Shown: piece by piece, positions 52,458-63,294 of the stretch | How positions within the stretch are numbered: the first letter of the stretch is position 1 | Layout: every line of letters starts with the position of its first letter | From: Balanoglossus misakiensis | Taxonomy: Eukaryota > Animalia > Hemichordata | Assembly: GCA_040954595.2 (NCBI GenBank) | Contig: CM082583.2 | Coordinates: 8,604,254 to 8,668,253 of the forward strand | DNA length: 64,000 nucleotides | Reading direction: 5' to 3' | Notes under the pieces: generated by a model | The model's input: only the letters and a program-made list of their open reading frames with translations | What the model was told of the DNA's origin: nothing | Database searches by the model: none | Position numbers and translations under genes: made by a program

Positions 52458-53473
52458 GTAAGGAAAGATTTTAGTGTCAAACTTTAATGTGCGATAGCCA
52501 TCTTGTTTGTCAAAAATGAGAGTGGCACTATCTTTTACTCAGACACACGGTTCCCAGACATCTGATGTGTAATGGTAAGCAATGACGTGGTTGAGGGGAA
52601 ATGGACTGTTTGGGGGAAACTCACAGGCCTGAGGGGGACACAGACACATGCTGTTGCCCGGATATGGCCAGTCAACATGTGTTTTATAACACACCTCATT
52701 CGACAGTAGCACAAATCAGGAAATTTCTCCGCTGTCAGCTAGGTGTTCTCAGTCGCAGACAACACCAGCATACTTAGTTTTCTTGAGTGCTAATGGGTAG
52801 TTTGTACTTTCCAACTAATAGCTAGGCAACGGTTTGTGGAACTGTTGCATGACAGGGCAACATTTCCAAAACTGCATGTTGACCGGTAACTCCTTTTTGT
52901 ATGTAACAGCGCCAAATTGATGCACCCCATGTGACTGCAAATTGGCGAATCACAACACAGATTACGGATGAGGTGTGTTGTAATTTAATATATTTACTAG
53001 GCTCAAGAAAACTTATTCAAGATATCGCTTAAAATCCAAATGAAAAATTCGGCAGTCATTACATTCTTGATCAGAGATTATTCAAACTTGCCTATCATAA
53101 TTTGAAATTGGAAAGGCCACCAAACATGTTCGCAACCTTAAGGAAAGAGATTGATGCACCGAGTTCGAGCAAACAAATAGCAGACGCACTAGTTTCTTGT
53201 CAAAAACTCCACCCAGGCAAAGAATTCAAAGACTACAATTGTTCCTGAAAATCTATCGGCAGTTACAGCTGTTGAGTTTTTTAATCCTAGACTGGAAGCT
53301 TGCAAATCGAAAGTGTGAGAAAAAAATATGACATCATGAAATTCAACATCTTGGCCTCGTATTCTGTTTTTTTGTTTGGAACCCTGGGCTGCAGCTTTTG
53401 GCCTGCCTCCAACCGCACCAATCTCATACTGACTCCCAGCTCTCGTATTCTTGTTCCATCTTTCTTTTTATAG

Positions 53474-53494
53474 CAGACCGTTCACACTTCCAAC
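53474..53494 (+). CDS. APBA: Candidate 21-nt (or 18-nt) microexon (QTVHTSN) in the PTB domain
   Basis: TACTGAC at 53427, pyrimidine tract, TAGCAG tandem acceptor, donor AAC|GTATGT; frame-preserving. Confidence 0.42.
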
Positions 53495-53640
53495 GTATGT
53501 ATTCTCTCTATCTAGAACACTATACTGTCATCCCCAGTTCTGTGTACTTACTCTGTCTCTTTGCAACCCTTCCATATTTTCCCATCCCTGTGTAGAACTT
53601 TCTTCTCTCTTTATACCCACTCCCACCTCTCTCCTTAAAG

Positions 53641-53649
53641 CAATGTACA
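53641..53649 (+). CDS. APBA: Candidate 9-nt microexon (QCT), or 54 nt from the acceptor at 53595
   Basis: About 40 nt pyrimidine tract, AAG acceptor, donor ACA|GTTAGT; both lengths keep frame without stops. Confidence 0.28.
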
Positions 53650-53798
53650 GTTAGTGTGTCGTGTGTAAAAACTCAATTGGTAATCATTCTAAAATTATAT
53701 TTTGTGTTGTAAAGATTTAAAGGTTGTATTATTGATGAGAAAGTTTGATGTAAGAAACCCTGTTTCTATGACTGTGTGCTTGTGATTTTGCTTATTAG

Positions 53799-54002
53799 GA
53801 AACCATGATGGACCATCCCTTGAAAACTATTTCTTACATCGCCGATATCGGCAACTTGCTCGTCATCATGGCAAGGAGGCGCAGTTACGCCACCACCTTG
53901 GATGAGGCCATGGAGGAGAGCGGCATCGCCATGGGAGACCAGGTCAGCGCGTTGCCGCGGGGACCCAAGAAGATTATCTGTCACGTCTTTGAAACAGAAG
54001 AT
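53799..54002 (+). CDS. APBA: APBA exon 6, PTB (ETMMDHPLKTISYIADIG...ICHVFETED)
   Basis: Acceptor ttattag; donor GAT|GTAAGT; 204 nt, phase 0-0; Mint PTB signature. Confidence 0.96.
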
Positions 54003-54452
54003 GTAAGTGTGGATACGTGCAGTCTGATTTCTGGCAGGGGTGAAAAGGGGTTTAACGCTAAAAAAAGCCAACAAGTACTCGAGATCTGATGTCTTGATTG
54101 ACTGGCGGCGTCTTGGGGCGTAACATTGTGACTTTTTCTTGTAGGGCAATAGCAGATCATTTGCGAATCAGCTTTTGCCGTGGGAAAGTGGAACCAGTGA
54201 TATCGTGTCTTGGGAAATGTGGAAATGGCTTTTCTTGAGGTGGTTATGTGAAAAAGCAGCGATGAGTTTTCTCCAAATAGCGAGATTTAGGCAATTGCAC
54301 AAGCCCTGCCGTGTCTGTCAAATGCTGATTTTCATGTTGCATAGTTTTGATGATAATTCCACATCCCTGCTTAAAAGTCTGAGTAAGGGGGTATAAATTC
54401 ACCATATGTATACCATAGCACCCTGGTTGGTGGTATTTGTTTGAATGTATAT

Positions 54453-54465
54453 GTTGCTAGGCAAC
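54453..54465. promoter_or_regulatory. RFX X-box GTTGCTAGGCAAC (intronic)
   Basis: Fits the 13-bp X-box consensus. Confidence 0.5.
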
Positions 54466-56091
54466 CGTTAATGTAACTCAAGCATTTTATATTCATACTT
54501 ATCACTCTCTCAGTGGTGAAATCTGATCATGCCACATCATTGTGGTCTCTGAATAACTTGCTCCTAAAGTTACTTAATTTTGCTTCGAACATTTCACCAC
54601 AGCGGGGATTTGTATGCGACAGAAATAGCAAGTCCTACAACAGAATTATGTTTCATATGAAGCTAAGAGTGGTTCACACTAGCCTATATATAGTGTTCTC
54701 AGCTGACGATGAAAATTTTAAATCTGTCATTAATAAGGCAACTTGAAAGGAAACATTGGTAGAATGTGGAACATTTTATTCCAGAAATCATACACCAAAT
54801 TTTTCTTGAACTTATTCTAAATTGTCCATGAACCCTTTTTATGGTGTCAAAAGAAATTACTTTGAATCACAGGAAGGACCCTTCTTGACCTTCAATCAAA
54901 ATACTGGGATATCTTTTCTGGTTTGTTGAGGTTTATATTAATTTTACCTATGGCAGAGAATCCCCTAAAATATCAATGGCAATGGCTATATTTACATTGT
55001 GTTGGTTCAAAAGGGCCGCAGAAAGATATCTGTTTCTTGCGTTGTCTTGTCGCGCGTGTGCCATATATATTTCAATCACCGTGTTAAGTGTCTGACATAG
55101 TTTAGAGTTTCGCAAGTATAAAATGATATTTTCCGGTTCAGCGGAGAAGCTGCAATATATGAAGCCATAACATTCATGGAATATCTCAAAGGCAGACATT
55201 TTTATTCTCCATGCTAATGTGGCTATTTATCGGGCTAAAAATAGCAGCTGTTTGTTGCGTAGCGAGAACAGAAATTGTTTCCTTCACATTTGAACAATAC
55301 GAGGTTCATTGGCCCGCAATTTTCCAGTTTTCTCCCCCGGGGACATAAAACATTAACGTGAGATAATTCTCAAATAGAGAGACCTGCACTGGTTTGGGTT
55401 TTTTTTTGCTGGTAGCCGCGCTGAACTAGCTGTAGGTGGGTAGTCGGGTGTCAGACTGTTTGTGATACATGTAAGTATGTGGGCAGAATTCTTGGCTCCG
55501 TCGTTTTGTGCCTTCTGGTCAAAAATTAAAAAATTGACGTCATTGGAGATGAGCCTAAAATGCTGAAATGTCACACGGGACCATCGGCGAGAAAACATCC
55601 AATACAGATTGATGGCTAGTACTTTCCCTCGTGTAAGTTTTTTTTTTGTGGAGTGGAGAGATCTTTCGTAATTCGATGCTGGTGTCTGTCATAACTGATA
55701 TGGCAGAACGTTGATTTGAGTTGTTAAAGTTGTGTGTAGATTCAGAGGGAGAGATTTGTTATGCTCTGTGTTTGAAAGGATTTGGGAAGGGGTTGGGCAA
55801 GTTGGAATAATGCAAATGTCAGGGAACTGAAATTGTATCACTCAAATTTATGTAATTAATACGGCAGGCTTTGTAGGCGACAATTACGGTTTGTCTGATT
55901 GCAGACCGCGATGTTGATATTACAGTAGGTGGAATAATGCAAGTGATGATGGTATTAGATTTTTGAAAGAGCAACCACAAATATTTTACTGCATTTCGCA
56001 GTAGTTTGCTGCAAGGCGTCGCACACTCTCATGAAGAGTTCCGTTGGAGTTTCCTCCCTCATGCTGTTTTGTGCATGTGTGTTGCTTTCAG

Positions 56092-56271
56092 GCACAGCTG
56101 ATCGCGCAGTCCATTGGACAGGCATTCTCCATAGCTTACTTGAACTTCCTGAAAGAGAATGGTATTGACGACCACAGCGTTACTGAAATGGACTACGGCG
56201 AAGTCCTCAGCTCACAGGAAATCTACGGGGATGACCTCATGCTGTTCTCGAATAAAGAGTGCGAAAAAGAG
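56092..56271 (+). CDS. APBA: APBA exon 7, PTB C-terminal helix and linker ([12 protein letters not shown]...NKECEKE)
   Basis: Acceptor gctttcag; 180 nt; ends at a non-canonical GAG|GCAAGT donor that keeps frame with the PDZ1 exon. Confidence 0.92.
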
Positions 56272-56476
56272 GCAAGTTGTCGTATTATTTTTGACAATCT
56301 TCAAGTCATCAACTAACATGCTGGTTTCAGTGTACCCTTTTATGCGGATGGTTTGGTCCAACTCCATCGTTCTCTGGGGTAAAGTTGGACTGCTACACTG
56401 CAGGACAGGGGTGAGTGTGTTAAATGCAGATTATCTGTTGACACAAACAGTACATTTGATGTTGTTCTCTTTGCAG

Positions 56477-56689
56477 ATTTTAATAGAGAAGGAACGTGGC
56501 GAAATCATGGGCATCGTCATAGTGGAGTCGGGATGGGGCTCGCTGGTGCCCACGGTCGTCATAGCGAACATGTCTCCATTCGGTGCTGCTGCCAGGAGTG
56601 GAAAGCTGAACATTGGTGATCAGATCATGTCCATCAATGGAACCAGCTGTGTGGGTCTGCCACTCACCACGGCCCAACAAACCATAAAG
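56477..56689 (+). CDS. APBA: APBA exon 8, PDZ1 ([22 protein letters not shown]...QQTIK)
   Basis: Acceptor ctctttgcag; donor AAG|GTGAGA; 213 nt, phase 0-0. Confidence 0.96.
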
Positions 56690-56884
56690 GTGAGAGACCC
56701 CAGTCTGTGAGAGTCAGCCAATCATTGTCTGTGAACACAGACTGGTCGACCAATCGGAAGGAGGGATGATGGAATGGGATCTGAAGAAAATCGTTACATT
56801 TTGTTTATTACATTTCTGAGTTTTAACAAACAAATCGATTTGCCACCCTGTAATCAACAAGGATTCATGTCCGTTTCATTGCAG

Positions 56885-57004
56885 TCATTGAAGAACCAGT
56901 GTTTGGTCAAGTTCAATGTCGTCTCATGCCCTCCTGTCACTCAAGTCATCATCAAACGACCTGATGTCAAATATCAACTGGGATTCAGTGTTCAAAACGG
57001 CACT
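56885..57004 (+). CDS. APBA: APBA exon 9, PDZ1 end and PDZ2 start (SLKNQ...LGFSVQNGT)
   Basis: Acceptor ttcattgcag; donor ACT|GTAAGT; 120 nt. Confidence 0.96.
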
Positions 57005-57383
57005 GTAAGTAATCTGTGATGTACTTTACACAGCAGCCAAACTGTAGATGCATTGTAAGTTAATGACTCTTCGACTCTGTCGAAGGAGGAGGAGGATGTT
57101 GATGATTTCCTCATTGTAGACACTTACAAATTAACATTTTGTGTTTTGTGATAATTTATAGAAACCATCATTTTCTGTTATAGGGGTGAATTGAGACATC
57201 CACCTGCCCCAAGTTTGTTATAGCCTCAAAGTGGATTATCCTAAGCTCTTCGGATTACAACTTTTGGTATTTCAAAGATACTGCCACAGTCCCCAGTCTT
57301 TTCATTTCGTTAGAAGGAGGCTTGCAGCAATGTTTATGCTCTTGTCTGGCATTCTGACTGTTTTTCGTCGTTGACTTTTGCAG

Positions 57384-57524
57384 ATATGCAGTCTTATGAG
57401 AGGAGGCATTGCTGAGAGAGGTGGCGTTCGCGTCGGACACAGGATTATTGAAATAAACGGAATGAGCGTGGTTGCCACGGCGCATGAAAAGATTGTAGAC
57501 ATCCTTGCTACTGCTGTTGGTGAG
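57384..57524 (+). CDS. APBA: APBA exon 10, PDZ2 ([26 protein letters not shown]...AVGE)
   Basis: Acceptor cttttgcag; donor GAG|GTAAGA; 141 nt. Confidence 0.97.
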
Positions 57525-57782
57525 GTAAGAATGGCTTGTTGTAGTACAGCTGGAGAGGGGGAGGAAGGGATAGGGGCAGAAGGGAGGGAGGGAGAGCACA
57601 TCACCCTCTTGGCAAACATATTTTGACCTGTCAGATCCATTATAACTAATCCAGATGAACCCTGATGATACAGGTTTCCTCATTGGCTGGTTTGACGTAC
57701 ATCACATCCTTTGAGCCAATCACCGCAAGGCTACCTTTGTTACTGTGTCATTGATTGGCTTCTCTTTTTTTTCCCCCATCAG

Positions 57783-57854
57783 ATTCACATGAAGACAATG
57801 CCTTTGTCGATGTACCGACTTCTAACAGGGCAGGAACAGCCTTTGTATCTCTAG
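57783..57854 (+). CDS. APBA: APBA last coding exon (IHMKTMPLSMYRLLTGQEQPLYL*)
   Basis: Acceptor ttcccccatcag; TAG at 57852-57854; matches the Mint C-terminal tail, which folds back onto PDZ1 in mammalian Mint1. Confidence 0.96.
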   Translation: MHMKTMPLSMYRLLTGQEQPLYL

Positions 57855-60148
57855 TGACACACCCACCAACTCTTCAATCTCGGTTGGATTTTGTACAATA
57901 TAAAAAAAAAACTGGCAACATTAAAGATTTGTTGATATATGCATCTCAGCTGTATACGTCGATATTAAGTTGTTTTTTTTCACTGAAATGATGGAAGTCC
58001 AGCGTTAGCAGACATTGTTGGGGTCAATTTTCGATGCTGCGGGCGGAATCGGTTCACTCTCTGGTCGGAACCAATTCTGATTGCACTGTGCTGGATACTC
58101 TATTACGAGTTATGTGCTTGATGTCAAGATGGAGCCTTTTTTGGCAGAAATTGACGTTGCGGGCTGCGTTCATTGATATTCAATGGATCGTGTGAAACTG
58201 GACATTTTTGGAATGAAATGGATGTAGAAGGTGAAGGCCAAAGAAGAGAAGAAATTCAAAGGATACAGACGAAATGGACTTTGAGAGAAAACGAACTGGA
58301 AATTGGACATGGATGATATGAGGAATTTGCTGCCAGCATTTGGGATCTGTTTATCTTGGTTCTGTTGTGACGAAGCATGATAAAAGCACTTTGTGAAAGA
58401 AAAAAGTATATAAAAAATTGACTGAACTTAGATATCAAGTTTCAAATATGCTAATTAGCTTATTACCCATCATTTCTTACTTTGATTACAGTAACTACTA
58501 GTGAGACCATGCATACCAATGATTGAATAGACCTTAAACAACTCATGTCTTTTGTAAGAAATTCATCATATGTGTAGTTTGTGGCTTGGGGGAAGTGAAC
58601 CTGGTATATTGTGTATGTTATTGTTAGCCAGAAACAGGGAGGAAAGTTCCAATTTCTTCATATTTGAAAGTGTGTGCTATATATGTGAAGCCATTTGGAA
58701 TATCGTGTTCTACATGTGTGTAATGTGTCTGTTCTGGAAGACACACAGACTAGTACATGTAGCTGTCTTGATTGCAACTGTGTGATACATTTTCTCATGA
58801 TGATTATAGGAGAATAGGACTGGTGTTTTTTTTTCCACGAATGACGCAAGTATCAGTCGCAGTGTCTTCAAAGCAGATGTCTGGACAGTGATAAGATAGA
58901 ACTACTTTCTGCTCAATGTGATATCAGTTACAGCTGGCTGCTTTTTTTCCTGTCAGTTTTTGTGTCTGATTTTAGTGAAATCTTGCTTATAGCTGACATG
59001 ACCTCAGAAAGAGATGGTGCATGATTGTGTTGTCATTTACCCTGGTGAATTGTCGTGTGTATAAACCTTTCGCTTGATAAAACTTTACCAGATAGCAGAG
59101 TGAAGTAGTGTAAACATTTCCAACCGTGCAATCCTGCAATGAAGATCATGAAACCCTTGAGCTTCCACTCGTTTATTACATCAGATATTGTCCCCTTTTA
59201 TGTAGTGTATGTGGTAGTTTTTTTGTACAATTAGGGGTAGGGGAATGAAGCATTTGCCTAGCTTTTCCTTGCACCCCTCCCTTTGAATGGTAGAGTCTGT
59301 CTTTGAATAAGGTTTTGCCATACCAGGCTGCTACATGAAGCTGGTCAAGGGGGTTTTGAAGGCTGTAGTGTTTGGGACAGTGTAGTGTTGATCGTGATCG
59401 TTTTCCAGTTTTCCTCTCTCCCCGAGGAGCACGACCAATTTTGTTGATTGCTGTAGATGTTAGCCGTGAATTCCGTGATGGCTGGTCACAAGCTGTTGGT
59501 TCAAGGGTCACTGGTCACTTTGATTCTGCGGAAGTGCCTTGTGAGATTGTGTAAAATGTAGCCTTGTTTGTGTCTTTATTTACAGAAAAAAAAAACAAAA
59601 AAAAACAAAGTCGCTCATAACTTTGTACATCACCGAAGTACATTGGTACATGCCCCAGTGAAAAAAGGCTTTGTTGTTAAAACATGAGAGATACCGGTAC
59701 TCAGGCAGGCTAGACCTGTTGTGGCTGAAATTTGATGTCACCATGCAATGTTACGTAGACAGTGTAGTGTTTGAGCTGAAATTTGGTGGCCATTGGTGGC
59801 ATGGGTTTAGAAGTTGACCCGCAAGGCAGATTTGGATTGGACCAAATTCTGTCAGTAAAGTTGTACCAGCCAATCAGATTCGTTTGTATTTATGCAGTCA
59901 TTCTTACAGGGGAGGAACAATTATGAAACTTAAATTGTGATTGGCAGATCAGATATGAAACTATGATTAGAGTTATTGTTTGAAAAGGTTGTACTAAAGT
60001 AGTCTAGATGTACTGAGAAAGGCCAGCAAGTGAAATGAAGCTTAACATTCAACATCATTAACCCTATTATTTCAAAACGGTTAATATACATAAGCTATTA
60101 AAACTGAAAAAAAAATTAAAAGTTTTCGAAAACCATTTGTGTTGGCAA

Positions 60149-60203
60149 CATTACATAACAGTAGGCAGCCAACCATTACATAACAGTAGGCAGCCAACCA
60201 TTA
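60149..60203. repeat. Perfect 25-nt tandem duplication (CATTACATAACAGTAGGCAGCCAAC x2.2) in the 3' UTR
   Basis: Read directly. Confidence 0.95.
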
Positions 60204-60896
60204 ATCCACATTATTGTAAAGCCTTCCCTGATTGGCCTGTGAATCTGTGACACCTGCTGTGATTGGTCCAGGTCTGGTTGCCACCATAGCCCTGTAGCTT
60301 GACATGGAAACCAGGGGTCTGGATAATTGCATTAAGGGGGGGGGGGGGGAGGTTGCATTCGCTTCATGGTGTACAAAGATGGGATTTAACTCTCAAGAAT
60401 GGTCAGAAAAGTTGTGATTTTGAAATGGCATGTGAAATTGATAGGTATCATGTCTGTGATATGTAAATCAGCATTTCCTATGCTGATCATCTGCAATATG
60501 TAGCAATTTTGGAGGTAAATCTTATTTGTAAAGAGAAAAAAAATGATGGTAGCCAGTAGACTAGTGACTTTTTTCCAGTAGACAAGTACATATTTTGATT
60601 ATGTCTGATATAGTAGATACAAGTCCGACACAAGACTGAGGTTTTCAGCAACCTTAATTTACATTGCTGATATTTAATCTGCACTTAACTCCACACGATG
60701 TAGTGTTCATACCTAGAGAAGATAAAAAAGGGTAATTTTCGTATAATTTGCATGTTTCTTGTTTTTTTTGTTTTCTGTTGATTTCATGAATGATCTTGCT
60801 TAAACTGTGCAAGTCATTGTGTTTAACCGTTATTTAAACAAGCTGCTTAAAGTATGAAGTACATGTCCAGGTCTCTCTGACTTTTTGTGTTTCATG

Positions 60897-61030
60897 GGTT
60901 ATCAGGACGGTTACCCCTGTGCATTGACCACCCAGACATGTCACGCCTAACAGTCAGGGTTAAGTATAGGGATAGGATTAGGGTAAGTGTCTGGTAGCTA
61001 TTTTCCAGGGGGTGACTCTCCTAGAAACCG
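60897..61030. mobile_element. Degenerate MITE-like element with imperfect terminal inverted repeats and a TTAGGG-like core
   Basis: Left end GGTTATCAGGACGGTTACCCCTG is an imperfect reverse complement of right end CAGGGGGTGACTCTCCTAGAAACC; core agggttaagtatagggataggattagggt. Confidence 0.5.
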
Positions 61031-61402
61031 TATCATGTCCTCCCTGCCCTGTATATTGTGTAGTCACTTCACAGAATTATAAAACAAACTGTCTTAGAGG
61101 TCTGTGGCAACGTTTACTAAGGTATAGAGGGGAGTTTCATATAATTATCTCATCTATACCATCCAAACAGAGAGTGGAGAAATGAGTTAATCAGAATCTT
61201 ATTATATTAACCTTGGATCTAAAATCAAGATGAGCATCTTTTCTGTCATGTTAGGGCTTTTTGTGTCATGTTCACTGAACTTTTCGTCGCTCTATGTTTT
61301 TTTTCCATGTGACTGCATGTTATCTCTGTTTTGCCTTGATTTACCAAAAACAGGTCTTTGCAAAGTAGGCATTTCTGCAAAACTGTATATAAATGAAATA
61401 TG

Positions 61403-61412
61403 ATTAAATAAA
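61403..61412 (+). terminator. Putative poly(A) signal of APBA (overlapping ATTAAA and AATAAA), implying a ~3.5 kb 3' UTR
   Basis: First AATAAA I could find downstream of the stop codon; TGTA at 61384 upstream; the + strand is T/G-rich before this point and A/C-rich after it. Confidence 0.6.
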
Positions 61413-61498
61413 GAAATATTTGAATATCTATATGTCATGGTACTTGATGAGGAAGGGTGTATGGAATAAGCCCAGATAGATCAAAGTCACAGACAAAC

Positions 61499-61504
61499 TT
61501 TATT
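61499..61504 (-). terminator. Putative distal poly(A) signal (AATAAA on - strand) of the convergent gene
   Basis: TTTATT on + strand at the point where strand composition flips; further copies near 61730, 62114 and 62604 could be proximal sites. Confidence 0.5.
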
Positions 61505-63294
61505 CCGGGTTATGTTTTCTGCTGCAAAACTTCATTTGATTTCCCATCTTGTCAATAGAGGGCGCACTGATCACTCGAACAAAATTTGCATATACATGTA
61601 CATGTACCAGATGTGTTACCAGACATATATGTGCACACCATGTTGACGATACATTTTTGTGACTGTAACAAATGGTGCGTCCAAAACCACATATTAACAG
61701 ACACTGGGAAAATCTGATGTCAAAGTTATTTATTCTTTGCAAAAAAAGTTGTAACAGAAGTGTAAAATATATTACATTTTCATTGAGCCTTGAAGGGCAT
61801 ATTTTATCTTTGAACAATACGAAAACTACTAAGAGGGTCGGGTCTTGATGCAAGTATTTTGAAACACAAAACATTTAGCCAGAAGACACTGGGGTGGAAA
61901 ACATACTTTAAATTGTCTTGTGTATGCTGGGAAGGAGTAGTCTCAATGTGCAAGAAATACTGATATAACAACATCCAGGGTTGATCAATCGTCTAGAATC
62001 TAAACGCTGTACTGGGGGAAAGTGAGAGCCCCTATAATACACCTAGACTGAAAGATCCCCTCAGCTTCAACTCTTACTATTCAGTCTCGTCCAGATTCTA
62101 GACTGAGTTCAAGTTTATTGGGAAAGGTTCTGATCAGAGACTTTTTATGTTCACGGTAAACCCAGAAGCAGACATAATTTTAGTAAACATAAATGACAGG
62201 GAAAATAAATTTCCACAACAAATGTATACACAACTAATGTCACAGTTAAGCAAAATGTTTTTTTTTAGGAATATGGCAGTATTACAAATGAAAAATCCTT
62301 GACGAAGAGTTTAGATTGTCACGTGAATGTTGCAGTAACAAAAACAGCACAAACATATCATGAGCACTTTCAGGGGTTAACTGTTCCATTTCAAAAGCAG
62401 ACAAAGAGTGCAATATATTTTCCTTTAGAAAAATACATGTCACTAGTACATTTTCAGAAGAAAATGTTCCAATAATGGAGAAACTGAAAATATGATTCAG
62501 AAGGTGCTTTTAAGCACATCAAAATGTACGAGCATAGAAGATGATGGGTTGCATAAAATACCAGCACAGCTCGTTTCTGTTGTATCAGTCATTATGCTAT
62601 TTCTTTATTCCCTTGCACTGACACACCCCATAAAACAGCATTTTTTATGAATTAAGGATGTATATGTAAATACATGTAGTAACTGTACTTCAATGACAGA
62701 CATGGTCGCGCAGTTTTCATGCATTTTTCGATTTTACAAGACACAATTCCACTCTACTCTTAATGACTCAACCTACTCATTTTTTGCAATATAAACTGTG
62801 AAGGTAATCACATGTCCATCTCATACTGACCTATGGATGTAAACTTCAGGCAAATTCAAATTCTAACTGCTACACATGTACATTGAATAGCGCCTTGAAT
62901 GACCTTGCACTTCTCAGCCATGACTTACATGTATAAACCCTACCTCTAACTATAAACTGCAAGGTTGAACTTGACCCTGAACCTCTGGCAGCTCTTTGGC
63001 TTTGACACAAAATAATTCTACATCATCAAATCGTACTCTGCTATATCAAATTTCCAAATCTTTTAATTATATTCTCTAGTTTTTAAACTTACTTGATTTA
63101 ACTTTCTGTACAAAATTATTTCAAATGATTTCTCTTTACGTGTACGTTTCTAGCACTGATTCGCCTGACCATAAGATAAACTGAATGTAAATGCTTTATG
63201 GTTGAAAGAAACAAAGTACTGGTGTGTTTGTTTGTTTTTAAACGGGTAAACAAACACTGGAAACAAAACTAGAATGGGGTTCTTCATGCATAAT

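Larger units (their letters stand above)
13659..61430 (+). other. APBA: Multi-exon X11/Mint/LIN-10 (APBA family) adaptor gene, PTB-PDZ-PDZ; the 5' non-coding exon(s) lie upstream of 13659 and the 3' end is approximate
   Basis: Eleven exons with phase-compatible splice sites join into one 1736-aa ORF. The C-terminal part has the Mint signatures [87 protein letters not shown] and YRLLTGQEQP.Y. Confidence 0.96.

Noticed and set aside
59126-59540. Single miR-92 (GTGCAAT) and miR-124 (GTGCCTT) seed matches in the 3' UTR
   Set aside because: Isolated 7-mers are expected by chance in 3.5 kb; conservation data would be needed.
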